DNA of 64,000 bases, from assembly GCA_002269645.1 (NCBI GenBank), contig NIVC01003920.1, forward strand, positions 1 to 64,000, in the 5' to 3' direction. The stretch comes from Macrostomum lignano. Its lineage: Eukaryota. The notes beneath the pieces are model-generated. The model saw only the letters and a list, made by a program, of their open reading frames with translations, searched no databases and was not told the origin of the DNA. Below are positions 15,850-27,500 of the stretch, piece by piece. Position 1 is the stretch's first letter. Each line of letters begins with the position of its first letter. Made by a program: the position numbers and the translations under genes.

Positions 15850-16460
15850 TATGCATGACATCCAACATGGGTAGACCTAGTGTCAATACCTAGGTTGCAT
15901 CCCCTTGTCACAGGCTGTGGGCAGAGAAGAACTTTTTGCTTGAAATAGGCCATGGCTAGCTTGCTGTTGAAAAAGTGGTCTAGCTGCAGGCCTGTCAGTA
16001 AATATTTGTTGTTGGTGCCACAGCTCCACTAACATGAAGAGGGATACTAGCTGCTTCTTGGTAGCTTGCAGTCCCAACTCACACTTGGTGCCACATAGAA
16101 GCAGTGTTGTGGCAGTATCCCTAGTCAGGTCTAGCATAGATTTGACTTAGAACCAGAGCAATAGGGAGCTAGCCACAACAGGAAATATCACTAAAGGAGT
16201 GCATCCTGGTGCCTACAAGGTCAACCAGATAGTTGAGCAATGCTACCACAAGGCAATGGACCAAGTCTTAACTAGATTGCAGACAGAACTTATGCCACTC
16301 TAAGACATGTCTATTGATGGCTCTCCTTGATATGAGGCACTCAGCAGCAAGGTGGTGTGGTGGCTGATAGTGTCTGAAACAGCTTGGTAGCCTATAAATG
16401 AAGGGATACATTAGTGGCAAGGCAGAAAGAATGCATGTGCAGGTTGCCAATATCCACTAG
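15850..16460 (-). mobile_element. Possible second decayed tyrosine-recombinase (DIRS-like) relic
   Basis: Minus-strand translation HVLEWHKFCLQSS*DLVHCLVVALLNYLVDL resembles the YR N-terminal W..FC...L.YL..L pattern; RPLF and GID..GCHA**G lie downstream. Weak. Confidence 0.3.
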
Positions 16461-17912
16461 AACACAGATCTATGATAACAGAGTAAAAAGGTTAAGACTC
16501 ATGTAGCCAAGAAGCTGCATCCACAAAAATCTGGTAACTCACCCAACATGTGGAAGGCACAATCACTTATCTTATAGTATAGGCATGAGTATAGCTCACA
16601 GTAATATTGTTACTATAGACAATGCAAAACATATCTATAGTGCTCAAATGCCAATCAATATGATTGCCTTTGACTATGTTCTTTATTCTCTAATCTCTCC
16701 CTTTATTATCTTTACTCTCTTTATCATTTTTGCCTAGTAGTCCTAGGTAGGCCTAAATTTTATAGAGAATCTCATGATCTCTAGACTCTAGACAATGAAA
16801 AAGCAAAACTTATAAGTAAAACCAATTGTATAATGGGTTGTGTTTTTTTATATTTCTTAACATTATAAAATAAGTCAACAAGAATTTAAAAAAAATTATT
16901 AAGGTTTAATAAAGACAAGATCCTAGTAGACTTCTAACAAGAGCCTCATTGTAGAGAGCTTTATATTTATAGGATATATTTACCATAACATTTTTAGCAA
17001 GTGTTTACACTATTATGTTTTCAGTCTATAGTAGAATTCTTGCTTTATTTTTTCGAATTTCATGTGGCTCAAAGAGTATGCTAGGATAGCCTTTCTAATT
17101 AGGCATGAAAATAATCAAATGGTACAATTTCATAAACCAATTTTGGAATTTATGTAAATGGTAAAGGAGTAGATAGACCTTGGCATCAATATATTAAAAA
17201 ATGTTTAGGCAACTTTAAGAAAATATTTGTCTATATGCCAATTTGTACAATAAATTATATATTATACAAAAGCAAATTATAATCTGCTAGGCCTATACCA
17301 CTTTCCAGGTACTTCTAAGGCTATTAGGAATTTATTGTGAAACAATAATCATCCATTTTTATACTTTGCTTTTTTATATTGCAATAAAACCTATAGAAAT
17401 TGACATTGCACTTTAGTTACTACTTTAGCATAATTTTGCATATTATTAAATTATTACAAGTATATCTTCATTTATATCTTTTTCAGAATTTTATATGCTT
17501 CCTTGTAAATGTTGTTCATCTTTGTAAGTAAATATTTAAATAGTTTTTTAGTCAGCTGTATTTGCTATATCATGCTCAGTTTCTCTTATGACTAACATTT
17601 TAGAAATTCATTGCAATTGTGGCAACATTTCTTCATTGTGCTACTGGAATGCAGGACTATAGCTCAGAAATGCCAAGTAGTAAGTATTGCAATATTTTCT
17701 ATATTTTCAGCTTTTAAAATAAAGTTTTGAAATTTAAAGGACTGATATATCCAAGTTTTGAGTATAAATTATAATTCTCTGCTTAACTGTGTTGTGCTTT
17801 TTTGTTTGAATTTTTGGTCAATCCAGCTTGCTGTGTGAGATTTCAATTTCAGGGAAGTTAGTTTTTTTGTTACACACTAAATAACACAAGTGACAAAAAA
17901 TCCATTTGTCAG

Positions 17913-20900
17913 TTTTGACCATCACTCCGCCATTTGCTCTGCTGGATCACGATAAAACTGTGACCTTCAACTGCTCTGCTGCCGCTGTGGGACCGGCCAT
18001 AGACTACAACAGAGTGACTGTGCAGTGCAACCGTCGGCCCCTGCCCATCAGCTGCCAGGCCAGCTACGCCCTGTATTATTCCAGTCACACCTGCAGCACC
18101 AGCCTGCTGGAGTCGGCCGACTGTCTCTGCGTGTCTAGCGGAGACCCATCTGGCAACTCAGCCGATGTGAAAGCTGCCGTGTCGCACGATGCTGCGATGT
18201 ACATTGCGTGTAAGTTTTCCCGAAAAGTGCGATATTCGCTATATAAGGAAGCACCAAATTATCGATACCGAAATCCATTGCCTGCTGTGATTGGGTAGCA
18301 GCTGTGAGCTGCAGCTCACCCTGCTGTGATTGGATAGCAGCTCTGAGCTGCAGCTCACCCTGCTGTGATTGGGTAGCAGCTGTGAGCTGCAGCTCACCCT
18401 GCTGTGATTGGATAGCAGCTCTGAGCTGCAGCTCACCCTGCTGTGATTGGATAGCAGCTCTGAGCTGCAGCTCACCCTGCTGTGATTGGACGGCAGCTCT
18501 GAGCTGCAGCTCACCCTGCTGTGATTGGATAGCAGCTCTGAGCTGCAGCTCACCCTGCTGTGATTGGATAGCAGCTCTGAGCTGCAGCTCACCCTGCTGT
18601 GATTGGACGGCAGCTCTGAGCTGCAGCTCACCCTGCTGTGATTGGACGGCAGCTCTAAGCAATGTTAAGAATGCAGAGTAGGAATTGTGGTCCTCACAGT
18701 CTCAGCATCGCATTCGCCAGCAGCTAAAGCCGTGCACAGCCTTCAGTTTCGCCTTGCAGTGGCAGAGGCTCTGCCGTTGCCTGCACATCTGGCCACATTA
18801 TTGAATTAGCATTCTATAAAGTATTTATTTACACTTCTGTAAAAATTATAAATATCCATACATAAACGGATATAACAGATGGGTAAATAGGCAGATAGGC
18901 TATTTCAGCCTATTCTACGTGCAGAAGCAGGGCGCCCCACTCTTGGGGTTTTGCGTGCCCAGCAGCTCAGCTCGGCGTTTCTTCCGATTTCAGCGGCTCC
19001 GCAGTCGCCGCGCCTGGCCGCCTGCGAGTGGAACGAGAGCCTCGCCATGGGGTCGCCCTTCGTCTGCGAGCTGTGGCCCGGCCTGCTGGAGCTCGAGAGC
19101 CGCTCCGAGCTGCCTCTGAGAGCCGCCGAGCTTTCGCTAAACGTTAGCTTTAGCCACTGGTCAGCGACTCGGGTGTTTGTGCATGTCTAGTGCATGTCAG
19201 GGAACCTTCCCACCGAGTGAGGAACTCCCTACTCCAGTAAGAATTTTCCCACCGAGAGGAACTCCCTACTCCAGTAAGAATTTTCCCACCGAGAGGAACT
19301 CCCTACTCCAGTAAGAATCTTCCCACCGAGTGAGGAACTCCCTACTCCAGTAAGAATCTACCCACCGAGAGGAACTCCCTACTCCAGTAAGAATCTACCC
19401 ACCGAGAGGAACTCCCTACTCCAGTAAGAATCTTCCCACCGAGAGGAACTCCCTACTCCAGTAAGAATCTTCCCACCGAGAGGAACTCCCTACTCCAGTA
19501 AGAATCTACCCACCGAGAGGAACTCCCTACTCCAGTAAGAATCTTCCCACCGAGAGGAACTCCCTACTCCAGTAAGAATCTACCCACCGAGAGGAACTCC
19601 CTACTCCAGTAAGAATCTTCCCACCGAGAGGAACTCCCTACTCCAGTAAGAATCTACCCACCGAGAGGAACTCCCTACTCCAGTAAGAATCTTCCCACCG
19701 AGAGGAACTCCCTACGCAAACTGCAGGGCAAACGGCTACACGTGGCAGCAGTGCGACATGAGCGGCGCGTCGGCAGCCCCCAGCATCCTGAATCGCTGCC
19801 CCACTGGCCAGTCCCTGTGCTGCGACTGTGACTCTGCAGCCGCGGCCGCTGCCTCCGCCAAACCGCAACGCTGCGTCTGGCTCGCTGCCGATTTCGAGGA
19901 GTTCGCCAACGACACCCTCCTGGTGCGCCTGGGCGTGTGCAACCGGCTGGGCTGGTGCAGCAGCAAGCAGCTGGTGCTGGACAGGTCCGACTACAGTGAG
20001 TGTTGGGTTTTGGACTGTTATTAAGCCTTTGCATTTGAGTTCGTGTTATTACTATAAGTAGTAGTGTGAGCAATACAGAGCAAGAATTTTCGTGCTTCAC
20101 CGATTAAACAATCCCCAGAGCGGCCCCTCCCGCTGCTCCTGAGGAACGTGACCTTCGCGGTGAGCCCGACCGGTGACTCCGTGCTGGCTTGGCTGCTGCC
20201 GCTGCCGCAGCTGCACCACCTCACCACCGCCTTTGACACGGAGGTTTCGATGACGGCTGGCAGTCATCTGCTCGCCCGAAACTCCACTCGAACAGTGTCG
20301 GCGCCGCTGAGCTTAGCCGTGCCGCCGCTGGCGACTTTGCAGTTCTGCGCCCGCCGGCGACCTGTCAATGGCCGGCACTGGAGCCAGCCGACCTGCTTGA
20401 CTGCTCGCAGCCCACCCGCTCCGCTGCTGTGTCCGCCTGCTCAGGTTTAACTGACATTTTGACTGTGCTCAGCCATATATGCCTATCTGCCATATATCTC
20501 GGACCTGCATGAATCCGTCTCGGACCTGCATGAATCCATCTTGGACCTGCACGAATCCATCTCGGACCTGCATGAATCCATCTCGGACCCGCATGAATCC
20601 GTCTCGGACCTGCATGAATCCGTCTCGGACCTGCATGAATCCATCTCGGGCCCGCATGAATCCATCTCGAACCTGCATGAATCCATCTCGGACCTGCACG
20701 AATCCATCTCGGACCTGCATGAATCCATCTCGGACCTGCATGAATCCGTCTCGGACCTGCACGAATCCGTCTCGGACCTGCATGAATCCGTCTCGGACCT
20801 GCATGAATCCGTCTCGGACCTGCATGAATCCATCTCGGACCTGCACGAATCCATCTCGGACCTGCATGAATCCATCTCGGACCTGCATGAATCCGTCTCG

Positions 20901-23765
20901 GACCTGCACGAATCCGTCTCGGACCTGCATGAATCCGTCTCGGACCTGCATGAATCCGTCTCGGACCTGCACGACTCGATCCTTTTTGCAACCGCATAAA
21001 TAACTCCCGCTGGATGCCTGATCTCAGCTGCCATTCCGATTCCGCAGTCATTCGTTGACGCAACCTGGCGCTATTTGTGGATCGGCATGTCGGAGCTCGG
21101 CTGCGTCTCCCACTCGGCCGAGGCCGCCGCCGCATCTGCAGCCGCCAATTTGTCGGCCTGTTCCCCGCCGCTGCCCGAATCCAGCGATCTCGTGCAGTGC
21201 CGCTGCGAGCGCTGGCCCGGCTACCTACAGCGCCACCCGGCGACCGCCGCTTGCCGTCAGCGACAGTCCGAGGGGCTCGGTGGCTCCTCGGCCAGTCAGC
21301 AGCCTGTAGCGAGTTGGTGCAGAAAAATTCAGCTTGATCCTCCTGAGTGAGCCTTCTCCACAGTACTGCATTGCTTTCGGGATCGCATGTAACCTGTTGA
21401 GCATGAGGGAGACCTGTTAAGCATGAGGGAGACCTGTTAAGCATGAGGGAGACCTGTTAAGCATGAGGGAGACCTGCTAAGCATGAGGGAGACCTGTTAA
21501 GCATGATAGAGACCTGTTAAGCATGATGGAGACCCGTTAAGCATGAGAGAGACCTGTTAAGCATGAGGGAGACCTGTTAAGCATGAGGGAGACCTGTTAA
21601 GCATGAGGGAGACCTGTTAAGCATGATGGAGACCTGTTAAGCATGAGGGAGACCTGTTAAGCATGATGGAGACCTGTTAAGCATGAGGGAGACCTGTTAA
21701 GCATGAGGGAGACCTGTTAAGCATGATGGAGACCTGTTAAGCATGATGGAGACCTGTTAAGCATGAGGGAGACCTGTTAAGCATGAGGGAGACCTGTTAA
21801 GCATGAGGGAGACCTGTTAAGCATGATGGAGACCTGTTAAGCATGATGGAGACTTGTTAAGCATGAGGGAGACCTGTTAAGCATGAGGGAGACCTGTTAA
21901 GCATGAGGGAGACCTGTTAAGCATGAGGGAGACTGGAGGCGGCAGTCGCAGCCAGGGAGGAGACTCTAAGCTTCATCATTCCACCAGTCCCCGAGCACAC
22001 ATAGTGAGGCCAGTAGCCCAACTACAGTAAGTACCTTGGCTTGGAGACTATTGGGTCTCTGCTACAGCTGTTATATCAACTCTGCCCAACTCCACAGCTC
22101 CAACGCCTCGTTGACGGGCTCCGGCCTGCCAGCCGCTTCGGGCCTCACTCGCCTGCAGCCGCTGCTGCTGCAGTGCCGCGGCGGCGGCTCCACCCCGCTG
22201 ATTTCGGAGGACGGCGCTGCCTGCCAGTCCAACCGGCTGCTGCTGCTGCTGCGCGCCAACTCGTTGTGGCTCTCCGGCCCCCTGATGACGCTCAGCTGCT
22301 CAGCCGCTGCCAACCGGACCGCGGTGCGCGCCGTGGCTGCTGAATGCTGGGCAGCAGGCGGTGCCAACGCCCACCTGCTGTGCCTGTCGGTGTCCTCCGA
22401 CTGCCTCCTGGAGGACGGCGGCCGCTTCCGCTGCCCGAGCTTGGCGTCTCTCGCCCGAGCTCTCGGCTGCCCCTTCGAGTCTCGAACCAGCGGCGCCGTC
22501 TTCCCCCCTTTGCTTCTGCCGCTGATTGTTGCCGTTCTTGTCTGCCCCATTCTGTTGCTGTTTTGCTTTGTGAGGAAAGAAGGTCGTCCCTGCCTGCGCC
22601 GGAATCCGCCAGTTCCTCCTGCCAGAGATTATGGGCCCGAACCTGGCTCTGAGGCCGATCGGGTTAGTCAGTTTGCACTTTTGTCCTGAGTTGCACTTTT
22701 ACAGCTTGGATTTTGTTGTAGTCTGAGTTGGATTCTGTTGCAGTCTGAGTTGGATTCTGTTGCAGTCTGAGTTGGATTCTGTTGCAGTCTGAGCTGGATT
22801 CTGTTGCAGTCTGAACTGGATTCTGTTGCAGTCTGAACTGGATTCTGTTACAGTCTGAACTGGATTCTGTTGCAGTCTGAACTGGATTCTGTTACAGTCT
22901 GAACTGGATTCTGTTGCAGTCTGAACTGGATTCTGTTGCAGTCTGAACTGGATTCTGTTACAGTCTGAACTGGATTCTGTTACAGTCTGAACTGGATTCT
23001 GTTACAGTCTGAACTGGATTCTGTTGCAGTCTGAACTGGATTCTGTTACAGTCTGAGCTGCATTCTGTTGCAGTCTGAGCTGGATTCTGTTGCAGTCTGA
23101 GCTGGATTCTGTTGCAGTCTGAGTTGGATTCTGTTGCAGTCTGAACTGGATTCTGTTGCAGTCTGAGCTGGATTCTGTTGCAGTCTGAGTTGGATTCTGT
23201 TGCAGTCTGAGCTGGATTCTGTTGCAGTCTGAGTTGGATTCTGTTGCAGTCTGAACTGGATTCTGTTGCAGTCTGAGCTGGATTCTGTTGCAGTCTGAGT
23301 TGGATTCTGTTGCAGTCTGAGCTGCATTCTGTTGCAGTCTGAGCTGCATTCTGTTACAGTCTGAGCTGGATTCTGTTACAGTCTGAGCTGGATTCTGTTG
23401 CAGTCTGAGCTGGATTCTGTTGCAGTCTGAGCTGGATTCTGTTGCAGTCTGAGCTGGATTCTGTTACAGTCTGAGCTGGATTCTGTTACAGTCTGAGCTG
23501 GATTCTGTTACAGTCTGAGCTGGATTCTGTTGCAGTCTGAGCTGGATTCTGTTGCAGTCTGCAGACAATTTGGGTTGCCTCTGAACTAAATGTGTCAGAA
23601 GGTCTGGGAGCGGCCAACTCAGAGCTCACGCAAACGTCACCCCGCAGGTGAACTGCAGGTACTCGCTGTCCAACGTCGCCGGCTGGCACTCGGACCGCAC
23701 GGAGTCCACGAGGGCCACGAAGGAAGCGGAGAGCCCCAATAGCCAGAGCAAGGCGCTGCGAATGG
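17913..23765 (+). CDS. Divergent type-I membrane protein, Ig-like + FN3-like ectodomain, cytokine-receptor-like. Exons approx 17913-18209, ~18909-19216, 19727-19995, 20119-20444, 21048-21346, ~21922-22026, 22068-22662, 23648-23765; 5' and 3' ends not found
   Basis: GC-rich blocks bounded by AG/GT sites. VLTITPP..VTFNCS (Ig-like); RLAACEW; RPLPLLLRNVTF..VLAW..QFCARRRP..HWSQP (FN3, WSxWS-like); LVDGLRPASRF; TM VFPPLLLPLIVAVLVCPILLLFCFV followed by RKEGRPCLRRNPPVPP. In-frame TAG at 19188-19190 and probable frameshifts. Confidence 0.6.
18281..18657. repeat. 39-bp intronic minisatellite (~9.5 copies)
   Basis: Unit CCTGCTGTGATTGGATAGCAGCTCTGAGCTGCAGCTCAC; 13-aa periodic ORFs. Confidence 0.92.
19208..19713. 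repeat. 37-bp intronic minisatellite (~13.5 copies)
   Basis: Unit CCCACCGAGAGGAACTCCCTACTCCAGTAAGAATCTT. Confidence 0.92.
20496..20974. repeat. 21-bp intronic minisatellite (~23 copies)
   Basis: Unit TCTCGGACCTGCATGAATCCA/G; 7-aa periodic ORFs in several frames. Confidence 0.92.
21390..21933. repeat. 20-bp intronic minisatellite (~27 copies)
   Basis: Unit GCATGAGGGAGACCTGTTAA. Confidence 0.92.
22722..23560. repeat. 22-bp intronic minisatellite (~38 copies)
   Basis: Unit CAGTCTGAGCTGGATTCTGTTG with blocks of variants. Confidence 0.92.
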
Positions 23766-24756
23766 GTGAGGCTGCTGTGCTATGGAGGGTAGGCAGTGCC
23801 ATGCATTGAGTCGGGCAGAGCTGATAATCTCATTAAACAATTTCGCACCTGGCAGAAATCGCAGAGGGCTACCAGCCCTGGTCGGAGCAGGGCGGCATTT
23901 GAGAAGTGGCGTCTGCTGAACACAGAACCGATTTCAGAAGCTCAAGAATGCTTGCCTTCGGGAGCCCCAACAGTCATTTCTCTGTGTTTAATCAATTTAA
24001 TCAATTTTTTATCGAATTTCATAGCCCGTTTTTCAGGCGGGTGTTTTTTAAATAAATTCTTTACAGCCCAGTAGTTTTATTATTCATTAGCATCGAAATC
24101 TAAACAAAAACTGTACACCGCCATTCTGAAGTATTGATTTTTGCATTTTGCTCTTTGTTGTCACAGAAGTCTTCAATGAATGCATGAATTATTTACTGCC
24201 TGATTTTGGCCGTCAGTTCGTATTAAGGTGCGATGTATATTTACACTGCAATGAGTCTGATTCGAATCTCTAAGCACTTGTTTTTACTTTTTACACCCAT
24301 CATGCCCTCGGTGTTGTCCTGTGTCTGTTGTAATTCGCTGGCTTGCAGACAGCAGCACTTCAATTGCATTTTCCCACTGCCTGTTCACGAGCTCCCGCTG
24401 ACCCGGAGTCATTGAATTGAATGCCTTTGTTTGTTGCAATTTCTGCTTTCATTTTCCCTGGACTCAGTGGTCCCATTAATGGCTCACTGCATGACTCATT
24501 GTGAAATCGCTTCAATTGAGCTCAAGTTATCTCTAATCCGTTTGTTAGTCCGAATTTATTCTCAAATGGTCTGATTTTCTGGCATCCACAGTAAGTCAAT
24601 TAAAACCGTGTACAGCGGCCTGCTGGCTTCAATCCATACAGCTGCTGCTGCCATCAAATGAGGCAAATTTCTGCGTGATCCCACGGCTTGCTCATCTTTT
24701 CCCAGGTGATTTGGCGGCTCAATTGATGGCGGTTTGAACGCGACTTTGCTCACCAC

Positions 24757-25183
24757 CAAGGTTGGGCGAGTATTGGCCGGGGTTCAGCTACTTCCGAGTA
24801 CCGAGCAGTCTAACCCAGGGCCAGGGGTAACCGAGTACCGAGCTAGCAGTCTAACCCAGGGCCAGGGGTAACCGAGTACCGAGCTAGCAGTCTAACCCAG
24901 GGCCAGGGGTAACCGAGTACCGAGCTAGCAGTCTAACCCAGGGCCAGGGGTAACCGAGTACCGAGTGCAAAAAGACAAAATCAAAAGCGTACTGAACTGT
25001 TCAGTTTTATCTTCAACGTTTTAAAAGTTGATTTCCTACTGCCTTTTCTAGGAAGCAAAATCGAGAATGTTACTCTTAAGGTTTTAATCCCACCAGTCGA
25101 GACAAAACTTGACAGTTCAGTTGCGAATTGTTGTTTTTTTGTGCTTGCTCGTACCGTACACGTCAAAACACGCCCACCCCTAG
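24757..25183. mobile_element. Candidate hAT-type MITE containing a 41-bp tandem array (24826-24966)
   Basis: Left CAAGGTTGGGCGAGTA, right CACGCCCACCCCTAG (loose inverted match). Flanks CTCACCAC and GTCATCAC (6/8). Array unit ACCGAGTACCGAGCTAGCAGTCTAACCCAGGGCCAGGGGTA. Confidence 0.4.
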
Positions 25184-27500
25184 GTCATCACTCAGTAACT
25201 GCAAACTAAATATAACCACTTGCCTGCACTCGTCTTGTTTGGTTTGAAATCCACCTATACTAAATGTCTAAGATTTGTCTGTCCATTTCATATACTAAAA
25301 TTCATATGATGGGTTTTGACCTTTCAGGCCCCTTGTGGGGAAGCCTTCGGGCCTCAGGTCTCAGAAATAAATCAATTAGAGTCCTGGCCCCCCACTCCTG
25401 TCAGATGGTCAGCCCCATGGTAGCTTGATCGTGTGGCGAGCAGTCTAGGTCCTATAGCTAAGAGAGGGACAGCGAGAGACAAGCAGGGAGAATTCTGAAG
25501 GTAGAAATTAGCTAATCCGCAGACTAAGCTAACTCGCTGCCACCAGCCCGTGCGTCCTGGCTCACCACACCGGGACTCTCGAAATCGGGCTTCCGACTAG
25601 AAGGGGCTTTGCACTTACCTGCCAACTAGTGTCTTTTTGCTGTCTATCTCGAAGTCATAGCCGATGATAAGGGACACTGCTGGGACTAGATCGCATTGGC
25701 CATGCAGGTACAGAGGGGACTTGTGCAGGGGATTCTTGCAGTGGCGAGTCTATGGGGTAGCTACATGTACTATTACATTGCTAAATACGAAGATATGTAC
25801 TTTTGGCCTTCAACGCGCCAACTAGCCTCTCATAGCGCTGATGATAGACTAACTCGAACTTCAGAGACCGCATGATTCAGTACCCGAGCCGCTTGGCGAA
25901 CCTGGAGTGCACAAAGTACATCTCCGGCGCCGATTTTGCACTATTGGCAATTTTTGCTCACCGATTTGGTAGATCGATCGACTGAGAACTGCCTTGCCAT
26001 TGGTCCACTGTGACCGGCGCCTACTAGCTTAGCTACTCATCTGAACCATTGGCGAACAAAGAAATAAAACCGATAAAAATAACTGTCAGATTTAACCTTC
26101 TCCTTAAATCACTTCACACTTCAGATCGAATTCAGTTTTTCAGTAGTTTCAGACTACTAGCAGTATTCTTGAATGACTTCTGCCTCAGCAACAGCACTAC
26201 TGAACAAACTGAGCTAAAGTGTGCGCCTAATCCAGCTACTGAAACAGGGGACAGATAGGGGGTCACCCAATCAAGCAAGTCTAGGTAGCCTCTCACCCAA
26301 CCAATCAGAAACTCAACAGCCGGAGACCAGGTAATCCACAGTGACCGAATCGGATTGATGCTTCGCAGCTGTAGACTCGGGATGATGCTGACACAATCCA
26401 CCTGCGCCTGACACAACTGAGTGAGGCGCAGGTGGCTGTCAGATAAACTTTGAAAGCGATGATTTACGACCCAAAAAGCTGCGCCTGTTATTATGACTAC
26501 TAGTATGACCAAACATTATATCTAGTACAGATTCTATGACAATTCGCAGAAAAAGAATAAAAATGCCCTTAGCCTGCTGTCAGTAGGCTAGTAAGTTTAG
26601 AGCCCATGTGCTAGCGCGGGATTTGGGAAAAAGTGCGTCCTCATCACATACCTAAATATCTACTGAGTCTATTTATCAAGTGCTGCATGCACAGTATAGC
26701 ACCGTGCTGCTTTGTTGAGGAAGCGTTTGCCGTTAGGGAACGCTGTGCATGCTCTGATCTGAGGATTTTAACCTAACTTTATTATTAACTTTAAACTAAT
26801 AAAACTACTATATGATTAGAACAGGCCCTGCTCAAGGCATGTACGTAGAGTGTCTAGTTAGCATCTGGGACACTGTTCTCATTCTTAACTTTCACTTTCT
26901 TAACTTCGTGAATCGTTTTTTGTAAGGATTTTTGAAAATGACACTCATTTGTGCCATGATGTATCAGCATTAGAAGCAATGAATTCAAAATTGGACACAT
27001 GTGCAATTTTATTAATGACTACGCAAGGCACTAGCCTCTGAACTAGCAGTATGTATTAGCGATTAGCTAGAGAAGCTAAATGCTTAACGAACTCGAAACC
27101 GCAGTAGCGATCGCACAGGACAAAAAAGCAGCAAAGCGGTAAGCAAATTTGTAAAACAGAGAAGCGAATGAAAAGTCGATCAAGAGCGAAACTCCTGCAG
27201 GCGAAACAATGAAGCCTCTCGGGTTTGGGCAAAATTGAACAGCATTTTGACTGAAATGACAAGCAACATCCGTCTAAATTGTGATCTGCTGCATAGGGCA
27301 GCGCAGATTGTTAAGGCAATTTAAAAAGCAGACTGCAACTATAAGCGAGGCATTTCGTTTCTGAGCATTCTGAGTAACCGACTGCAGATGTAGCTAACAG
27401 CTTATGCAGCTCGCGAGTCGCTTAATTTGATCAGTTATTTTATCTGCTTGAGTCAGCTGGCCACCACAGGCCGTTACTGCGGAACCCCCATCCGTTCCGC

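Noticed and set aside
20365-21444. Several long periodic ORFs on both strands
   Set aside because: Produced by the 21-bp minisatellite.
25070-25085. ACTCTTAAGGT resembling the R2 target core
   Set aside because: Short match with no flanking rRNA similarity; expected by chance.
25300-26600. Possible retroelement or gene relic on the minus strand (126-aa ORF at 26132-26512)
   Set aside because: No convincing motif in any frame.
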